A model generated the notes under the pieces. The model saw only the letters and a list, made by a program, of their open reading frames with translations. It made no database searches and was not told where the DNA came from. Shown one piece after another: positions 59,240-64,000 of a DNA stretch of 64,000 bases; position 1 is the first letter of the stretch, and the number at the start of each line of letters is the position of its first letter. The stretch comes from Ylistrum balloti (lineage: Eukaryota): positions 1,674,001 to 1,738,000 of the forward strand of contig NW_026782299.1 in the NCBI RefSeq assembly GCF_031769215.1, given 5' to 3'. The position numbers were made by a program, and so were the translations under genes.

Positions 59240-60230
59240 CATGGCCGTCGTTCTAGCCATCCCGGTTGCACACCACCCGTATTTACCCACGCGTTCACGC
59301 CTACACTCACGTGATCCATTTCCTTACAAAAATATGTTACCACACACTTGCGTTCGTGACAACTACCACATCCAATGTTGATTAAAGCACTGCTGTAAGA
59401 TTTAGGCATATATTGTTTAACACAGGGTCCTAGCTTTAAATCTTTATTGTATTATATGACCACGATCATCCCAAAGTTGGCCGAACCAGTCCCTTTCGTC
59501 CTATTGTCTTACATTACTTTGGATGACACATAAAGTGTGGACAGTGGGTTTGACTCCTGATTCCAAAATGTCTCGTTTCGATCAGCCGAAATGCTTGTGC
59601 GTCCCACGAATTGTGCTTCCGCTTCGACCTAACATGAATTTTGTATAATAAACGTTCGTGATCAATAAAATTAACTGGGCAATATAGACGAAATCTTCAG
59701 TCCTTTTGCTTACTAAGAGTAGTTGACATCCTATATCTGCTGTAACGCCAACGTTCGATGTATTTTTGTTGCAACCACGTACACCGTCATATCTCGATTT
59801 AGAACATTTTTAATTTCTTTTCGCTGAGACTGGACCGAGCTAGCAGAACAATGTAACAGAAATGGCTGCACGTGGCTTTCATACAGCTTAGTAAACACAG
59901 TACGGTAAACCTTGGAATTCAGCAAACCAAGGGCTCAACTAGCAGATTTTGACAGTTCTTCCACAGCTTTATTTTGCATTAAAATTGCTTTGCGTCCTTT
60001 TTACAGCTATGGACAATTAAAGACGACCGTCCGGTAGACGCGAAGTGAGTGTCTACGTTTAATGTGTAGTAGACTGCGATATGTTCAATAAGTGTATCCA
60101 ACAACACATCTAATGAACCTATATAGTTTTTATTAAAATGATCCTGCTCCCGAATCGCCGAATTGTCGGGGACCATTCCTAAAATGGTTATATTCACTTT
60201 TCTTGAATTGCACGAGGTTTTAGTCATATA
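59240..60230 (-). mobile_element. Decayed LINE (non-LTR retrotransposon) ORF2 C-terminal fragment
   Basis: Frameshifted peptides typical of the region after the RT core: ELSKSAS*ALGLLNSK..FTKLYESHVQP..V.NR, IDHERLLYKIH..NSW, MPKSYSSAL..GCG..ERKC..FC..MDHV. A LINE-like 3' end (AATAAA plus (TAA)n on minus) lies at ~58180-58210 and may or may not belong to it. Confidence 0.6.
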
Positions 60231-61837
60231 TAACGTGCTGGTTATAAACTATTTCCACTAGATGTATATGCCAACTGAGAAAATCTCATATACATTACGT
60301 TAAAATGGGACAAGACAAGATTCTTAACTGCGTGTGTTGCTTCCCTGTCGAAATCAACGGTTTCGCCAATTTTGTGATAGATTTACAAGGACTTCTGGGG
60401 GGGGGGATGACCGTTAGTAATGGCGTAGTGTGCTGTTTGCATATTTTCATGTTTTCAAAAGTTTTTGCCGTTGTCGAAATATCGTTAGAAACAACAGATA
60501 TTCAAGTTTGAAATGGACACCTACCTTTTGTGGTTGAACCCGCCGCCATCTTCAAAAAGGCCATTCCTTTGCGGGTACACGACAGTGTAGACAGGTAATT
60601 GTATATACACAATGGGGTCGCTAAAGAAAGGCAATCGTACATGTGTTGCTTGAGACAGGTAATTACATTATTGTCGCTACGTTCTGATATATTTGTCGCC
60701 ATAAACATTTATATGTGGATGAGACGCTTTTGAGAGGTTAGGGGGAATGTGTCACTGTAAACAGGAAATTGTCACGTATCATCATAGAAATACAGATGTA
60801 AATAGCAATGGGACATGTATCGCTTGTTTGTGTCGTGTATGGCATGTAACGAGTCTTGCTGTTCAATGAGGTATCATAATACTGCTTTATTTACGTTCCT
60901 CGGGTCTTAATCTGAGGTAAGGTAGGCCAACCACCCCGCTCAACAAACGGATACAATTTGATTTATAGGTGTCGCTATTGACAGGTTATGGAATCTGTAT
61001 AGGTATTGACGAGAAATGGAAAAAGTCTCACGTCGGTCGCAAATCAAAAGCGCCGTTACAAACGGCAACGTCATGATAGCAACATCGCTTATAGCCAATA
61101 CCATCTTTGTTTCCGCCATCTTGAAAAGTCCTATCCATCGTACGATCACGACAGTGAATACAATACGTGTTATAATTAACCAGGTCCGATATATGTCTGT
61201 TGGTAATATAAATTATATATGGTATGATCATGATGCCGAGAGTATTTAAACCGTACATGTCTAAGTTGTAATGACATGTATTGATGTACGTACCTACAGC
61301 ATGTCTAATGTAAACATGTGTAACTACTGACATATACAGCACATGTGTTTCGTTGCCAAAACGTGTTAATACTGTAGGCAACTGCATGTGTAATACAAAA
61401 GTATGTATAACGTGTAATACCCGTGCATGTATAGCTTGTAATACAAGTGCACGTATATCATGTGTATTACAGGTGTATGTATGGCGTGTAATACAAGTGC
61501 ATGTATATCATGTGTATTACAGGTATATGTATAACGTGTAATATTATTACATTGTAATACAGGTGTGTATATATTTGTATAGAGATATATGATCAAAGAT
61601 GTAATAGAAGCGGTACGGACAAATAGTAAGGTGGAACCGTCTGTGTCGGCTATCATTTTATTATATTAGTCTTAAAAGACGGCTCCAGTGCCTAATAGTG
61701 CCTTACCCTAACACTAGAAAGCTGAGTTGGGGGGGGGAGCTATCTAGATTTGGGTTTGTGTTAGGGTAATTTTGAAGTCTGTCTTATATCTTGAAAGTAA
61801 TTTATAGTCTGATACCACCCCTGGACTGGCGTTATCA

Positions 61838-61935
61838 CGCCTACTCTTCTTACGAAAAGTCCTAAGGCGATCGTTAGCGTGCCAGAGTGGACATTCCTCA
61901 CACGGGCCACCGTTTAAAGTCCCATCCGCCGGACT
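61838..61935 (+). mobile_element. SINE central-domain remnant (Nin-domain-like)
   Basis: CCTACTCTTCTTACGAAAAGT...ACGGGCCACCGTTTAAAGTCCCATCCG resembles the conserved invertebrate SINE core; recognised from memory, not aligned. Confidence 0.4.
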
Positions 61936-63260
61936 ATACTTAGCAGTTAGTGGTTAGTTCGGTGCAGGTGAAATTATAATCAATACTTTTTTTGTCCCGT
62001 CTTGAAAACCTTTCCAATCATATTGCCTAATCTACTTTATCACTTTACAAATGTCTACTGCTTTCTGTGATTCCACTCTAATCCTTCTGCATACATCTGT
62101 TCTCTATACCGACTTTTATAGTTATATAAGTGATTTGTGTAAATTTGCTGATTTAGAAAGAGAGGTCTTGTGTAGCGTTTACTTGGTTTGTATATTTGTG
62201 AGAACTGTTTATCTCTATTGCCCTGTACTACCTAACAGGGTTCCATATGCTACAAGCCATGGTACAAGACCCGAATTCGACTGCAAACCAGTCCATGACA
62301 GTTGTGCCTGGAGATTCCCACTATGTTTAACGTGTAATTGACGTAGGGTCTTAAACATGGAGTTTGTTTGTGTATTTTGCCTTTAAGAGCGCGCGTGTTT
62401 AATAATAAAACGGCGAATATGAGACGTTGTCACTTCCGGTATCAAACAACGTGCGTGTACCCAAATTGAAAAAAAGGGAAAAGGGGATAAAACACAACAC
62501 AACAATTTATTCTGTCGAAAGTCATGATTTTCCAGAACAATTGAGACGTAAGTATATATTTTGAACCATATGATATTCATTACCTCATAATTTTACCTTA
62601 AATATGGAAATGAAGATAGGCGCTGCCGTGCACAGTAATACGTGTACGCCGATCGACGTTACGTCATATATTGTTTACGGCATGTAAGTGTACATGTACA
62701 CAAATACAACAAAACATTGTTGTGTTTTCTAATTATCTTAAATATAGAGTATGTTCTTTGTTCTTTGAAAAATCCATAAAAATTTAAGCAATTCCAAAGC
62801 ATTTATCAGCAAACATCCGTTGGTCAGTCTCAGATAAGTAGCCTAGGTAACCAGAAACTGATGTTGTACCTTTACACCAAAATTTCTTGTACAGGGATTC
62901 TATCATTTTAGAGATATTTGAAACAGATAATCCTTTTACGATTTTATTTTGATATCTTTTAAGTTAAATGGGTATTAATGCGCCAACCTCACAGAACTAG
63001 GCATAGTTTGGTTTGTACTACATTGTATATATTTTGTCCTAAATAAGCATATACACTTATATTATATGGATCGTATTCATAAAACACCTGTACTATAATA
63101 TGTATAAAATAATATAGATATGATATTTTAGAAATAGAGGTAGGTTATTTTATTACCTGGTTCATGCAGTTGGGAGGATGGAAGGGAGATAATCAGAGTC
63201 AAAATCTGGTTTGGGTGTAGTCAGTAATATGAAAGAATGCCTTATACTGAAAAAAAAGTG

Positions 63261-63798
63261 TTACATTGTGACTGTGACACGTGTATCTAAGTATGGAGCT
63301 CATCCTCAGCTGGTTACAATGTGACTGTGACACGTGCATCTAAGTATAGAGCTCATCCTCAGCTGGTTACAATGTGACTGTGACACGTGTATCTAAGTAA
63401 GGAGCTCATTCTCAGCTGGTTACACTGTGGATGTGACACGTATATCTAAGTATGGATCTAATTCTCAGCTGGTTACAATGTGACTGTAACACGTGTATCT
63501 AAGTATGGAGCTCATCATCAGCTGGTTACAATGTGACTGTGACACGTGTATCTAAAGAGGGAGCTCATCCTCAGCTGGTTACACTGAATGTGGCACGTGT
63601 ATCTAATGATCCAGCTCATCCTCAGCTGGATACACTGTGACTGTGACACGTGTATCTAAGTATAGAGCTCATCCTCAGCTGTTTACATTGTGACTGTGAC
63701 ACGTGTATCTAAGTATGGATCTAATTCTCAGCTGGATACACTGTGACTGTAACACGTGTATCTAAGTATAGAGCTCATCCTCAGCTGGTTACAATGTG
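63261..63798. repeat. 53-bp minisatellite, ~10 copies
   Basis: Unit ACAATGTGACTGTGACACGTGTATCTAAGTATGGAGCTCATCCTCAGCTGGTT. Confidence 0.93.
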
Positions 63799-64000
63799 GC
63801 TGGACTGATTTTCAAACGACATTCAACAACCATATGGCTTAGGTCACTTTCCTTGATCTAAAAATCATTTGACATTTGACAGCATTGTTTACTGCAAACT
63901 GCAGCTTGAATTAAGGTGAATTTGAAATAATATAAAAGTATAATAACAAATAAGTCATGTACTTATTTCGTTTTGAGTTTTCTTTTATTAGTAAAGGTCA

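Noticed and set aside
61700-61775. Telomeric repeats
   Set aside because: Only isolated CCCTAA and TTAGGG hexamers, no tandem array.

Overview
AT-rich eukaryotic genomic DNA with GT-AG introns. It is most likely a bivalve mollusc (inference from the tyrosinase type and the pearl/HINE-like repeats). I reconstructed four spliced genes by hand, arranged as two head-to-head pairs. (1) MBTPS1/site-1 protease, minus strand, 28 coding exons, about 1080 aa, intact D/H/S triad. (2) An uncharacterised gene of about 1150 aa on the plus strand: a ~790-aa acidic disordered exon followed by a spliced C39/papain-like cysteine-peptidase domain (Q-x5-C, H, N). (3) A secreted tyrosinase-like protein, minus strand, 484 aa, with six Cu-binding His and an ATG-only first coding exon. 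(4) An unannotated four-exon gene of about 417 aa on the plus strand, with a C-terminal RRM-like domain resembling LINE ORF1/ZCCHC3-type folds; the ORF track shows it only as fragments. Other features are a 262-bp gap-free imperfect palindrome downstream of MBTPS1, many intronic minisatellites (two with higher-order structure), pearl/HINE-like elements, a TTAA-flanked Kolobok-like MITE, SINE remnants and a decayed LINE. There is no CRISPR array, rRNA or intact tRNA. All homology calls come from motif recognition; no database search was run.
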